A stretch of DNA of 64,000 nt from Candidatus Zixiibacteriota bacterium (GTDB lineage: Bacteria; Zixibacteria; MSB-5A5; GN15; JACZUZ01): assembly GCA_024280775.1 (NCBI GenBank), contig JAJRPM010000004.1, positions 263,054 through 327,053 of the forward strand, read 5' to 3'. The notes under the pieces are model-generated. The model had not been told where the DNA came from. It saw only the letters and a program-made list of their open reading frames with translations, and searched no databases. Numbering within the stretch: position 1 is the stretch's first letter; every line of letters begins with the position of its first letter. This document shows positions 8,473-18,623 of the stretch, piece by piece. The position numbers were made by a program, and so were the translations under genes.

Positions 8473-8967
8473 ATGAATTTCATGGAGACGAACCAATTGA
8501 TTACTACTTCAATCGACGAGGATATTATGTTGGTAAGTAGCGGAAGCTTATCTCACAAACCAGATTCACAACCGAAAGGAAGGATTCTCTGGATGCGTCT
8601 GGCGGTGTGGTCTAGTTTCTTGCTCTTCGCCATTGTATTGAGCGCGATATATTACTATGCGTTCCCTACTGAAACTCTCTTCAAGAAGTACTTTGTCGGT
8701 GACTACGTGGCAGAAGAATACCATCATGACCTACAAATGTTTGGAGACTTTGACCAACTATTAATATACATTTACAAAGACAAAGAACCTCTATTTAGGC
8801 GACGATTAATTTATATTTCAGAGTACTTTCTCATGGACTCACTCCAAATCAATTCTCCCAGAGAAGATGTCATTCAAATAAATCCATTTTACTTGGGTAA
8901 AAAGAAAACCCAATCTTGTGAAATAGATATCCTGAATACTAGTGACACCTGTATTTTCACCCGTTAA
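8473..8967 (+). CDS. Hypothetical single-pass membrane protein (165 aa from MNFMETNQ)
   Basis: Open frame with one TM helix (LAVWSSFLLFAIVLSAIYYYAF). AT-rich relative to neighbours. No recognisable motif. Bracketed by family-C repeats. Confidence 0.45.
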   Translation: MNFMETNQLITTSIDEDIMLVSSGSLSHKPDSQPKGRILWMRLAVWSSFLLFAIVLSAIYYYAFPTETLFKKYFVGDYVAEEYHHDLQMFGDFDQLLIYIYKDKEPLFRRRLIYISEYFLMDSLQINSPREDVIQINPFYLGKKKTQSCEIDILNTSDTCIFTR

Positions 8968-8992
8968 GGGCATCGCGATGCTCGAATAGCAC

Positions 8993-9106
8993 AGGTCAAG
9001 TCCCCCTTTTCAGGGACTTGACATCGTCATATACAACAACCAAATATCAATCCAAGACAAACCTCCGAAACGTCAAGTCCCAAGAAGGGGACTTGACCTA
9101 CTTACT
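8993..9106. repeat. REP/REPIN-like double-hairpin element, family C, complete copy
   Basis: Hairpin GTCAAGTCCC..GGGACTTGAC (8995-9022), a spacer, then an inverted hairpin GTCAAGTCCC-aagaa-GGGGACTTGAC (9072-9097) followed by CTAC. The segment 9087-9106 is the perfect reverse complement of 8348-8367. Confidence 0.85.
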
Positions 9107-9298
9107 TGAAAGGCACAGCGCGCTGTGCCCCTACTCATTGGGGATAACTTTGATAGCCCAAACCAGTGCGGTTTTATCGGCCTGGCGGGGTGTTATTGCG
9201 TATCATGGTTGTTGGCTTGGTCGGGGTTATTTCTCTAATGACGGGCCTGGAACAATTCGCAACTCATTGTTTAACAACGAATAACATAAAGGTTACCT

Positions 9299-10024
9299 GT
9301 GCTTTCTATTCTATCTATTACAACACCCGTATTTGCGGTCTTTGACGGAGGGATTTGGGAGATAATCGGCAATTCCAGCTTTTTTGGGGTCGTGATTATG
9401 GTGGTTTTGCTGGCTTTTTCGGTGGTCTCCTGGGCGGTGATTGTCAGCCGCTATCGGCTGTATAAGGCCGAAGCCAGCGGCTCAGAAGCGCTATTGAGCC
9501 AGTTTCACAAGGCCAAACGCATGGCTGATACAGTCGGCCTGGCTAAGCAATTCCAGAATACAGCGCTGGGCACTCAGCTTTCTGCTGGTATTCAGGAATT
9601 GGTGTCTATTCGTGAACGTCAAAGCGGCGAAGGCGCCGGAGCCGGCTCAATTCGTGAGCGTGAAATTGACTTGCTGGAGCGGCGCCTAGATCAGGTTGCA
9701 GGTGATGAAATGCAGAGGCTGGAATCCGGGGTTATTCTTCTGGCGACAACCGCTAACGCCTCGCCATTTTTGGGACTGCTAGGAACTGTTGTTGGAATCA
9801 TGGTTTCATTTTGGGAAATTGGTCAAACCGGATCAGCCTCGCTGGCGATTGTGGCCCCGGGTATTGCTGAGGCCCTGCTGGCTACAATTTTCGGATTGGC
9901 GGCGGCTATTCCGGCGGTGATTGCCTATAACTGGGCAAATAATCGCCTGCGTATGTTCGCCGAACAGGGCGCGAATTTTAACTCAGAATTCATCGGCCGT
10001 ATCAGACTGGAGTTCACCGAATGA
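9299..10024 (+). CDS. tolQ: Tol-Pal system protein TolQ (MotA/TolQ/ExbB proton channel)
   Basis: Three TM helices and the conserved C-terminal LATTANASPFLGLLGTVVGIM..F..I......LAIVAPGIAEALLATIFGLAAAIPAVIAYN. First gene of a tolQRAB-pal-cpoB arrangement. GTG start. Confidence 0.85.
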   Translation: MLSILSITTPVFAVFDGGIWEIIGNSSFFGVVIMVVLLAFSVVSWAVIVSRYRLYKAEASGSEALLSQFHKAKRMADTVGLAKQFQNTALGTQLSAGIQELVSIRERQSGEGAGAGSIREREIDLLERRLDQVAGDEMQRLESGVILLATTANASPFLGLLGTVVGIMVSFWEIGQTGSASLAIVAPGIAEALLATIFGLAAAIPAVIAYNWANNRLRMFAEQGANFNSEFIGRIRLEFTE

Positions 10025-10518
10025 GCGTCAATCTAGGCTCAGGAGGCTCTTACTCACGCGGCTCCGGTCGTAGCGGCGCATTTGCCCGCAGACGTAGCTA
10101 TGGCGCGATGGCTGAAATCAATGTCACCAATCTGGTGGATGTGATGTTGGTGTTGTTGATTATTTTCATGATCTCTGCGCCATTGTTGCAGTCAGGGATT
10201 GAAGTAAAATTGCCCAAGAGCGCCTCGACTGCAGTCAATCCTGAGGAAGACGGAGTGATTGTCAGCATCGATAGTAAGGGCGGGATTTTTATTGGTGATA
10301 CCTGGGCCCGGCTGGAGAATTTCGAGGACCAACTCAAAGGCGAATTGCAGAAGATATCCTCAGAGTCGGTGTTTTTACGCGCGGATTCGCTGGTTTCCTA
10401 TGGAATAGTAGTGGATGTAATATCTCGTTTGAAAAGCGCCGGAATTGCGAATCTTGGCCTGATTACCGAGCCGCTTGATAGCCGTAGCCAGCGTAAGAAA
10501 AATGCAGGCAAACGGTAG
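10021..10518 (+). CDS. tolR: Tol-Pal system protein TolR (ExbD/TolR family)
   Basis: MAEINVTNLVDVMLVLLIIFMISAPLL..GIEVKLPKS is the ExbD/TolR signature. The start overlaps the tolQ stop (ATGA). Confidence 0.85.
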   Translation: MSVNLGSGGSYSRGSGRSGAFARRRSYGAMAEINVTNLVDVMLVLLIIFMISAPLLQSGIEVKLPKSASTAVNPEEDGVIVSIDSKGGIFIGDTWARLENFEDQLKGELQKISSESVFLRADSLVSYGIVVDVISRLKSAGIANLGLITEPLDSRSQRKKNAGKR

Positions 10519-10608
10519 AGAATAGGATTTTCGACCTACCCAAACGTATAAGCAGTTGATGTATCGGTAGCTGTTGTAGTTTTTTGATATTGATGTAGTG
10601 AGTGTATC

Positions 10609-11313
10609 ATGACAGCAGGACTTCAGCCAAAAAACATGATGATTTCGGGTGTGATGCATGTGAGCATTTTCGCCCTCTTTCTGCTGGGAAATCCCTTTGG
10701 AGGCAAAGAGCCGCCGAAGTTTGATGTGCTGACGGTCAAACTGGCTTCGATGCCGGCGCCGCAAAAGATACAGGAAGCAAAACCCAAACCGCCGCCAAAA
10801 AAGAAACCTCCGAAGAAGAAAGTCGTAAAGAAGAAGCCACCGATTAAGAACCCTAAGAAGGTTGAAGAGAAAACGGTGGTTCCGCCAGTGAAAACCGAGG
10901 AGCCTACAGCTGAAGATTTGCAACCGGCGCTTGAGGAGCCGGAATCGCAGGTTGACGCTGATACCAGCACAACTGAGTTCAGCGAAAAAGTCTCTAATGC
11001 AGAGTTCACCGGCGCATTCGACAATAAGAATTTTGTCTATCCTGATTGGAATTATCGCGGCTTTGCGAAAATTGCTCGTAACTGGAAAAACTATGCCTCG
11101 CCACGCAAGGCGGTTTCCACCACAGTTAGTTTTCATGTGCTCAAGTCCGGAAGAATCTATGGCGCGACAATCACCAAGAGCTCTGGAAATGCAGTTTATG
11201 ATCGCGGTTGTTTGCAGGCGGTGAAATCCGCTGGCACATTGCCGCCATTGCCGCCGGAGTTCAACTTTGAAGAATTAGGTGTTTCATTGGTGTTCCCTTG
11301 GAAACCGAATTGA
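10609..11313 (+). CDS. TonB C-terminal-domain energy transducer occupying the TolA position
   Basis: N-terminal TM helix, a Pro/Lys-rich linker (KPKPPPKKKPPKKKVVKKKPPIKNPKK), and a C-terminal TonB_C-like domain (..YPDWNYRGFAK...VSFHVLKSGRIYGATITKSSGNAVYDRGCLQAVKSAGTLPPLP). It sits between tolR and tolB. Confidence 0.7.
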   Translation: MTAGLQPKNMMISGVMHVSIFALFLLGNPFGGKEPPKFDVLTVKLASMPAPQKIQEAKPKPPPKKKPPKKKVVKKKPPIKNPKKVEEKTVVPPVKTEEPTAEDLQPALEEPESQVDADTSTTEFSEKVSNAEFTGAFDNKNFVYPDWNYRGFAKIARNWKNYASPRKAVSTTVSFHVLKSGRIYGATITKSSGNAVYDRGCLQAVKSAGTLPPLPPEFNFEELGVSLVFPWKPN

Positions 11314-11340
11314 TAACGGGCCTTCCCTGCTAAAACTATT

Positions 11341-12861
11341 TTGATTATATGGAGAACTATGTCGGAGATTATTAAATTTCGTAGGTCGGGTTCCGAAAGC
11401 GCTTCAGCGCTGGAGAAACCCGACAATGCTTGCCAAAACGATATCTTCCCGAACAAAAAATGTCGGGTTTCTGCGTCCCGTAAACGGGACTACGGAACCC
11501 GACCTACTTTGAATCTGTTTATTATCGGCGCCTCCTTATGCGTGGCGCTGTTGTTGGCGGCTACGTCTGAGTCGCAAGCGCAAGATTTCTACTCCAACGT
11601 TCCGGATATCAGTGTAGAACTTGACACCCTGCAGGGGTTCACGCCTACTCCTATTGCAGTTGAAGACCCGACTAACCGCTCGGGCGCGGCTTTGTTTCCT
11701 TCGGACTTGCAGGATTTGCTGGATATCTCTGAGGTGATTCGTCATGACCTGGATTTCACGCCATTGTGCTCGCTTATCTATATTGACTCGCTGTTTATGA
11801 CACATATGGGCTTAACGGAGATGAACGCCAATGCCTGGAAACGTCTTGGGGCTGATTACTATGTGACACTATCAGCGAAACTAACTCCTACGACAGTGTC
11901 AGTGCGCTATCGGGCCATGCTTTCTTCTACTGACAGCGAGCGCGCCAGAGGTGAATTCGAAGTAGACCGTAAGTTCTATCGTGCATTGGCCCACAGAATC
12001 TCGGATGATATTATTCAGAAGCTCTTTACCGAAAAAGGTATTTTTCAAACGAGGATCTGTTATATCGTGCGTAAGGGCGGCAACAAAAACCTGTATGTCG
12101 CCGATTATGACGGCGCATCACCCACGCAGATACTCGCCAATGGCTCAATAAATCTATCACCGACGTTCACTCCCGATGGAAACGAGGTATTGTTCACCTC
12201 CTTTGTCGACGGCAATCCTAAGATTTACTCATTTGGTTTGAAAACAGGGAAGACCAAATTGATAGCAGGATTCCCGGGGCTGAATTCGGCGCCCTCGGTT
12301 TCCCCCGATGGTGATAGGATTGCTTGTGTCCTAAGCAAAGATGGCAATGCTGAGATTTACCTATTGGATAGACGTGGCAGAATTATCAGACGATTGACCA
12401 GGACCAGAGCAATTGAAAACGCCCCCACCTTCTCTCCTGACGGACAGGAAATCGTTTTTTCATCCGATCGCTCCGGCTCACCGCAGATTTATATTATGGA
12501 CATTGAGGGTCTGAATGTTCGCCGGGTGACATTTCAGGGGAAATACAATGACAGCCCGGTTTGGTCGCCCCGTGGTGATGTCATCCTGTTTGTCAGCCGT
12601 ACCAAGAGCGGGAGATTTGATATTTGCACGATTTCACCTACCGGACAGGATTATCGTATTCTGACCAATACCGGAGCCAATGAAAACCCCCATTTTAGCC
12701 CCGATGGCAATAGTATTGTCTTCTCCTCAACGAGACTGGGAGTTATGGAGATTTTCACTATGGACAGATTCGGTCGCAAACAGTCCAGATTGACCCGCAC
12801 CGCCGGTCGCGGCGACGCCAAAGGGGCCTCGAATCCAGTTTGGGGACCGTATAAGGACTAG
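11341..12861 (+). CDS. tolB: Tol-Pal system beta-propeller protein TolB (start uncertain)
   Basis: Repeated PD40/WD40-like motifs (SPTFTPDGNEVLF, APSVSPDGDRIAC, APTFSPDGQEIVFSSDRSG.PQIY, SPVWSPRGDVILF, NPHFSPDGNSIVFSS). Signal peptide LFIIGASLCVALLLAATSESQAQ. Codons 14-56 of the track ORF are the family-B repeat element, so the true start may be TTG 11509. Confidence 0.85.
   Translation: MIIWRTMSEIIKFRRSGSESASALEKPDNACQNDIFPNKKCRVSASRKRDYGTRPTLNLFIIGASLCVALLLAATSESQAQDFYSNVPDISVELDTLQGFTPTPIAVEDPTNRSGAALFPSDLQDLLDISEVIRHDLDFTPLCSLIYIDSLFMTHMGLTEMNANAWKRLGADYYVTLSAKLTPTTVSVRYRAMLSSTDSERARGEFEVDRKFYRALAHRISDDIIQKLFTEKGIFQTRICYIVRKGGNKNLYVADYDGASPTQILANGSINLSPTFTPDGNEVLFTSFVDGNPKIYSFGLKTGKTKLIAGFPGLNSAPSVSPDGDRIACVLSKDGNAEIYLLDRRGRIIRRLTRTRAIENAPTFSPDGQEIVFSSDRSGSPQIYIMDIEGLNVRRVTFQGKYNDSPVWSPRGDVILFVSRTKSGRFDICTISPTGQDYRILTNTGANENPHFSPDGNSIVFSSTRLGVMEIFTMDRFGRKQSRLTRTAGRGDAKGASNPVWGPYKD
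11381..11507. repeat. REP/REPIN-like double-hairpin element, family B, copy 1
   Basis: GTAGGTCGGGTTCC-gaaagcgcttcagcgctg-GAGAAACCCGAC ... GTCGGGTTTC-tgcgtcccgtaaacgggactac-GGAACCCGACCTAC. Confidence 0.85.
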
Positions 12862-12892
12862 CGCTTGCGGATTGACTTGATCCCAATAATCC

Positions 12893-13004
12893 GTAGGTCG
12901 GGTTCCAAAAGCGCTTCAGCGCGAGAGAAACCCGACATTGCTTGCCAAGAATGAAAATGTCGGGTTTCTACGTCCCATAAATGGGACTCCGGAACCCGAC
13001 CTAC
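12893..13004. repeat. REP/REPIN-like double-hairpin element, family B, copy 2
   Basis: Same termini and hairpins as 11381-11507, with a 15-nt shorter central spacer. Starts 31 nt after the tolB stop. Confidence 0.85.
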
Positions 13005-13190
13005 GAGGTGGATGAATCAGCGCAGAGATTATATTAAAAGAAGATTGCTCGCAGATGGCTTTGTCGGTGGTTTATGTTGACCGCTTCGAGCCTAAGCGCT
13101 AATATGGCGCTGATGTCCCTGAGCTATTTGGGTGGGCGACATCAGACAAATAGAATTTAGATACGCAGTTATAGATTAAGGGAGAAGACT

Positions 13191-13706
13191 ATGAAAAAAT
13201 TACTTGGATTGAGTCTCATTTTCGCGCTTACAGCAATGATGGTTAGCTGTGGCCCTGGGCCAAACACTGTTGACGAAACCCCAGTGGTTGTGGACACCAC
13301 ACCACCTCCGCCACCTCCGCCGCCGGTTGATACTACTCCGCCGGAACCGGAAGTTCGGACAATTTCTGAGGGTGAATTCCAAACAGTGTATTTCGATTTT
13401 GATAAATCGAGCATCAAACCGAATTTCTCTGGCGCTTTGGAGAGCAATGCCGACTTGATGAAAGAAAGCATGGATATGATTATCCAAATCGAAGGTCATT
13501 GCGATGAGCGCGGTACAGTGGAATATAACCTGGCCTTGGGCGAACGCAGAGCTATGGCCACCAGAAGTTATTTGGTGAACCTGGGAATTGCCGCCGAGAG
13601 AATTGAGATTATCTCCTACGGCAAAGAGCGTCCGGCAATGATGGGCCACAATGAAGCGGCCTGGTCGAAAAACCGTCGAACTGAATTCCGTATCATTTCT
13701 CAGTAG
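13191..13706 (+). CDS. pal: Peptidoglycan-associated lipoprotein Pal (OmpA_C family)
   Basis: Lipobox AMMVSC, a poly-Pro linker, then VYFDFDKSSIKP......IEGHCDERGTVEYNLALGERRAMATRSYLVNLGI...ISYGKERP......WSKNRRTEF. Strong RBS AAGGGAGAAG. Confidence 0.9.
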   Translation: MKKLLGLSLIFALTAMMVSCGPGPNTVDETPVVVDTTPPPPPPPPVDTTPPEPEVRTISEGEFQTVYFDFDKSSIKPNFSGALESNADLMKESMDMIIQIEGHCDERGTVEYNLALGERRAMATRSYLVNLGIAAERIEIISYGKERPAMMGHNEAAWSKNRRTEFRIISQ

Positions 13707-13734
13707 ACTGTTGTTGAGGTATTCTTGAGTTACA

Positions 13735-13840
13735 GTCATTGCGAGCGAAGCGCGGCAATCCCGTGGATTCATACACATTGCCTATCAACGACGAGATTGC
13801 CGCGTCATCATGCGCTTCGCGCCTGATTCCTCGCAATGAC
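13735..13840. repeat. Palindromic intergenic element, family D, copy 1
   Basis: GTCATTGCGAGCGAAGCGCGGCAATCC ... GATTGCCGCG...GATTCCTCGCAATGAC. 11-nt terminal inverted repeat plus internal complementary arms. Confidence 0.85.
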
Positions 13841-13907
13841 AGGATGGGTGGACGGGATGAGTTGGCTTCGCAAATTATCGACGTAGATAATTGTTGTTGA
13901 GGAACCT

Positions 13908-14741
13908 TTGGAGATGCGATTTCGTATCAGTATTATGAAACAGTCAAAAAACGATAACACAAAAGCCGTCCCCTCTTACGGGGCGGCTTTTGTTGTAAAA
14001 TCACTGGCTTTGATTCTTACCGCTTTGACATTGAGTTCTTGCGCAACTAAAGAGCAAGTGGTCAAGGTTGAAGAGCGTGTGATGCGCTTGGAATCCGGAC
14101 GCTCGCAGTCTCAGATGGCAATGAAGCGCCTGGATTCATTAGTGGTTGAGGCAAACAAAGGCAAGACTGGCGACTATGCCAAAGTTGCTAATCTGATTCA
14201 GTCGATGTCAGACCGAATTGACGAACTCACCAACTCGATTTCGGATTTACAAGAGCGGCTGAATTTCATGCAGAGTCGTCAGGGTTCATCCAGCGGAGCG
14301 GTTTCGCAAACTGACTCGGCGCCGGAAAATACAGCCGGAGTGGATTGCACGCAGTTGTATGATGATTCATTTATTCTAGTGCGCAAGGGCGAATATGAAA
14401 GCGCTCGCGCCGGGTTTATGGACTATTTGCAGTATTGCAAGAATTCGGATATGGCCGATAACGCACAGTATTGGATAGCCGAATCCTACTATTCACGCCA
14501 GGAATTCGCCAAAGCCGCAATAGAGTTTACTTCGCTCACCGAAAAATACGCCGACTCCGAAAAACGCCCCACCGCGCTGTATAAGCTAGGCAGATGTAGC
14601 GAAGAGCTGGGCAATAAGGCGCAGGCTAGACAGTATTACAACGCCGTAGTCAATGGCTATCCCTCCACCAGCGAGGCGCAATTAGCCAAAGACAAACTCA
14701 CCGAGCTAAAAGGCTCCGCCAAAAACAGCGGCGGCAAGTAA
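13908..14741 (+). CDS. cpoB: Tol-Pal system protein CpoB/YbgF (coiled-coil + TPR)
   Basis: N-terminal coiled-coil (VKVEERVMRLES...DRIDELTNSISDLQERLNFMQ). C-terminal TPR block LYDDSFILVRKGEYESARAGFMDYLQYCKNSDMADNAQYWIAESYYSRQEFAKAAIEFTSL...ALYKLGRCSEELGNKAQARQYYNAVV..YPSTSEAQLAK. Immediately after pal. The start may be 13914 or 13935. Confidence 0.8.
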   Translation: MEMRFRISIMKQSKNDNTKAVPSYGAAFVVKSLALILTALTLSSCATKEQVVKVEERVMRLESGRSQSQMAMKRLDSLVVEANKGKTGDYAKVANLIQSMSDRIDELTNSISDLQERLNFMQSRQGSSSGAVSQTDSAPENTAGVDCTQLYDDSFILVRKGEYESARAGFMDYLQYCKNSDMADNAQYWIAESYYSRQEFAKAAIEFTSLTEKYADSEKRPTALYKLGRCSEELGNKAQARQYYNAVVNGYPSTSEAQLAKDKLTELKGSAKNSGGK

Positions 14742-14782
14742 TAGCCGCAGTCTCCATTTCATCCATTTGGCTATCACTAGCA

Positions 14783-14888
14783 GTCATTGCGAGCGAAGCG
14801 CGGCAATCCCGTGGATACATAGAAACTGCCTATCAACGACGAGATTGCCGCGTCATCAGGCGCTTTGCGCCTGATTCCTCGCAATGAC
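14783..14888. repeat. Palindromic intergenic element, family D, copy 2
   Basis: About 92% identical to 13735-13840 (106 nt each). Confidence 0.85.
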
Positions 14889-14947
14889 AGATGTACTAAT
14901 CACGTATATGTCCAAGTTTTCATTTTGCCCAAGTTGAGTGTTTTCTG

Positions 14948-15517
14948 ATGTCTTCTACCGTTCTTCCAAAAACCATTGCCCAAAAGACCGTCTCTGAAAT
15001 CAAGGTTCGCGTTGCGGGATTTCCGGTTACTCCGGGGATTAGCGGCGGATTCTATCAGGCTGAAGAGGAAGCGCTTTCTAATCCGATTATCCATGCTGAG
15101 CCACGTCCACGCTTCTACTCGGCTCTTGACGCCGAGGGAGTTTCATTGCAATGCGACAATAAGGGCCGGTTGATATTTGTGCAGGTGCGCAAGCCGCGTC
15201 GGCTGTGGATAGGCTCCAAAGGAGTCTCCTCTGCTCCATCGCCGGCGGCTGATATTCGTTTCCTGGATTTCCGTTGCCGCATACCCGAACCGGAATACTT
15301 GTGCGATAGCCAAAAGAACTCTCTGCTAATCAAATTCGGCGAGGTAGCCTCCTCCGATAGTTTTCGCATTGGAGATAATGTGGTGGCTCTGATTCACAAC
15401 AAGAAGGTTCTACGAGGTCTGTTCATTGATTGCCTGCACACCGACCGCGCCGGTAAGGCGCTGGCCAAATGGAGACGGCTGGTTGCCGGTGGCAGTTCTC
15501 TGAAGAGACATGAGTAG
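14948..15517 (+). CDS. Hypothetical protein
   Basis: 189-aa open frame between cpoB and ligA on the same strand. No motif I can recognise. Confidence 0.45.
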   Translation: MSSTVLPKTIAQKTVSEIKVRVAGFPVTPGISGGFYQAEEEALSNPIIHAEPRPRFYSALDAEGVSLQCDNKGRLIFVQVRKPRRLWIGSKGVSSAPSPAADIRFLDFRCRIPEPEYLCDSQKNSLLIKFGEVASSDSFRIGDNVVALIHNKKVLRGLFIDCLHTDRAGKALAKWRRLVAGGSSLKRHE

Positions 15518-15560
15518 CTTTCTCTATAGTTTAGCGACTACTTCGCAAGCTTGTGATTGA

Positions 15561-17651
<2,091 letters not shown>

Positions 17652-17657
17652 TCGCGA

Positions 17658-18623
17658 CTACTTCAAGAAGAAAGAAATTGCGAATTGATGTGACTGGCCG
17701 AGGTCATTGCGATAGGGCACAAAGGCGTAGTCAATTCGGAAATCCTTTTGCATGAAACCTAAACCAGCGGTGAAGGTCTTGGAATCATAGCCAGTTTGCG
17801 CTCCGGCGCGCAGAAATAATCTGTTGGCGCCATTGTGCTTTACTCCGTATTCAGCCCCAAATTGCGCATGAAAATCACTATCGATAATTACACCATCGGC
17901 TGAGAGAAGTAAATCACTCTTACGATAGCTACCTCCGGCCCGCACTGTTACCGGCAGACTGATACTTTGGCTATCGAGCCTGTAATCCTGTCCGAAATTA
18001 GAGACTGACACTCCGAATGCTAGCTTTTCGGACTGTTGGTATTGTAGTCCCAAATCAGCGTTCAAAACTGTCGTACTGAATACATCAATCCGTTCACTGA
18101 GGTACCCCAAGGCCAGTCCAGCGCTCAATTTCTCTGTGATAGGATAGGCCACCCCAAACTTCAGAGAGACATCACGCGAGTCGAAGAGATACAAGGGCGC
18201 CGCAGATGCAGTAGCCCCACGACCTTCAAGGTCGTTAACTTGAGCTATGCGCGCGCCCAAACTGAAGCGGGTTTTTCCTTCGCGTAAGGTGAAGAACGCT
18301 GTTTCGAAATTGATGTTTTCCCAGTAGGCGGTGTGTCCAAAATATGCGGAAAAACCGGGCGTATCTTTGTCACCTACAGAACTAGCCGGGTTATAGTATT
18401 GCGATAGCGGGTCACCGGAAATCGAGACAAAAGCCTCTCCCATAGCGCTAGAACGAGCGCCACTCTCGACGGTTAGCAATTTGCCGCCAATATCCGCCTG
18501 AGCGTCAGGTGTGACTATCAAGGCTGATAACAGCACCAATGATACTAGCCTAACGACGCTGTAACGAATAAGCGAATCGGACTTTGATAAGTTCACAGGT
18601 TTCATACTCGCTATATGATACAC
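17658..18623 (-). CDS. PorV/PorQ-family-like outer-membrane beta-barrel (copy B)
   Basis: Signal peptide, then LLTVESGARSSAMGEAFVSISGDPLSQYYNPAS and alternating beta-strand pattern to the C-terminus. The GTG start abuts the upstream stop (0-nt gap). The family call is from motif memory only. Confidence 0.55.
   Translation of the reverse strand: MYHIASMKPVNLSKSDSLIRYSVVRLVSLVLLSALIVTPDAQADIGGKLLTVESGARSSAMGEAFVSISGDPLSQYYNPASSVGDKDTPGFSAYFGHTAYWENINFETAFFTLREGKTRFSLGARIAQVNDLEGRGATASAAPLYLFDSRDVSLKFGVAYPITEKLSAGLALGYLSERIDVFSTTVLNADLGLQYQQSEKLAFGVSVSNFGQDYRLDSQSISLPVTVRAGGSYRKSDLLLSADGVIIDSDFHAQFGAEYGVKHNGANRLFLRAGAQTGYDSKTFTAGLGFMQKDFRIDYAFVPYRNDLGQSHQFAISFFLK

Noticed and set aside
8357-9097. 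Possible CRISPR array, suggested by the repeated GTCAAGTCCC...GGGACTTGAC hairpins.
   Set aside because: There are only three copies. One is inverted, and the spacing is irregular (about 640 nt and about 50 nt). The sequence between the first two copies encodes an ORF, and no cas genes are present. It fits a REPIN/MITE-like element better.
9018-9284. 88-aa ORF upstream of tolQ, together with ORF 8298-8540.
   Set aside because: Both are largely made of repeat-element sequence (family-C hairpins and the GGCACAGCGCGCTGTGCC palindrome at 9111-9128). They lack an RBS.
10375-11136. Long antisense ORFs opposite real genes. Examples: 10375-11136 (253 aa) opposite the TolA-like gene, 13200-13778 opposite pal, 20860-21528 opposite the propeller gene, 40275-40775 opposite the giant gene, 46262-46876 opposite the lipoprotein gene, and 52712-53677 (321 aa) opposite the Na/Pi cotransporter.
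   Set aside because: Each is fully embedded in a gene whose product has strong, recognisable family motifs. Their translations are low-complexity (Arg/Leu/Ser-rich) with no motifs. They are typical shadow ORFs.
13290-13330. The poly-proline tract in Pal (PPPPPPPPP) and the Lys/Pro-rich tract in the TolA-like protein (10770-10880) as unusual repeats.
   Set aside because: These are the normal flexible periplasm-spanning linkers of Pal and TonB/TolA family proteins.
17652-17657. Missing terminator between the convergent ligA and PorV-like genes (6-nt gap), considered as a sign of mis-assembly.
   Set aside because: Both reading frames end cleanly with full-length C-termini (the ligA BRCT domain and the barrel terminal strand). 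Tight convergent ends also occur at 32776/32777, so this appears to be a genome trait rather than an artefact.
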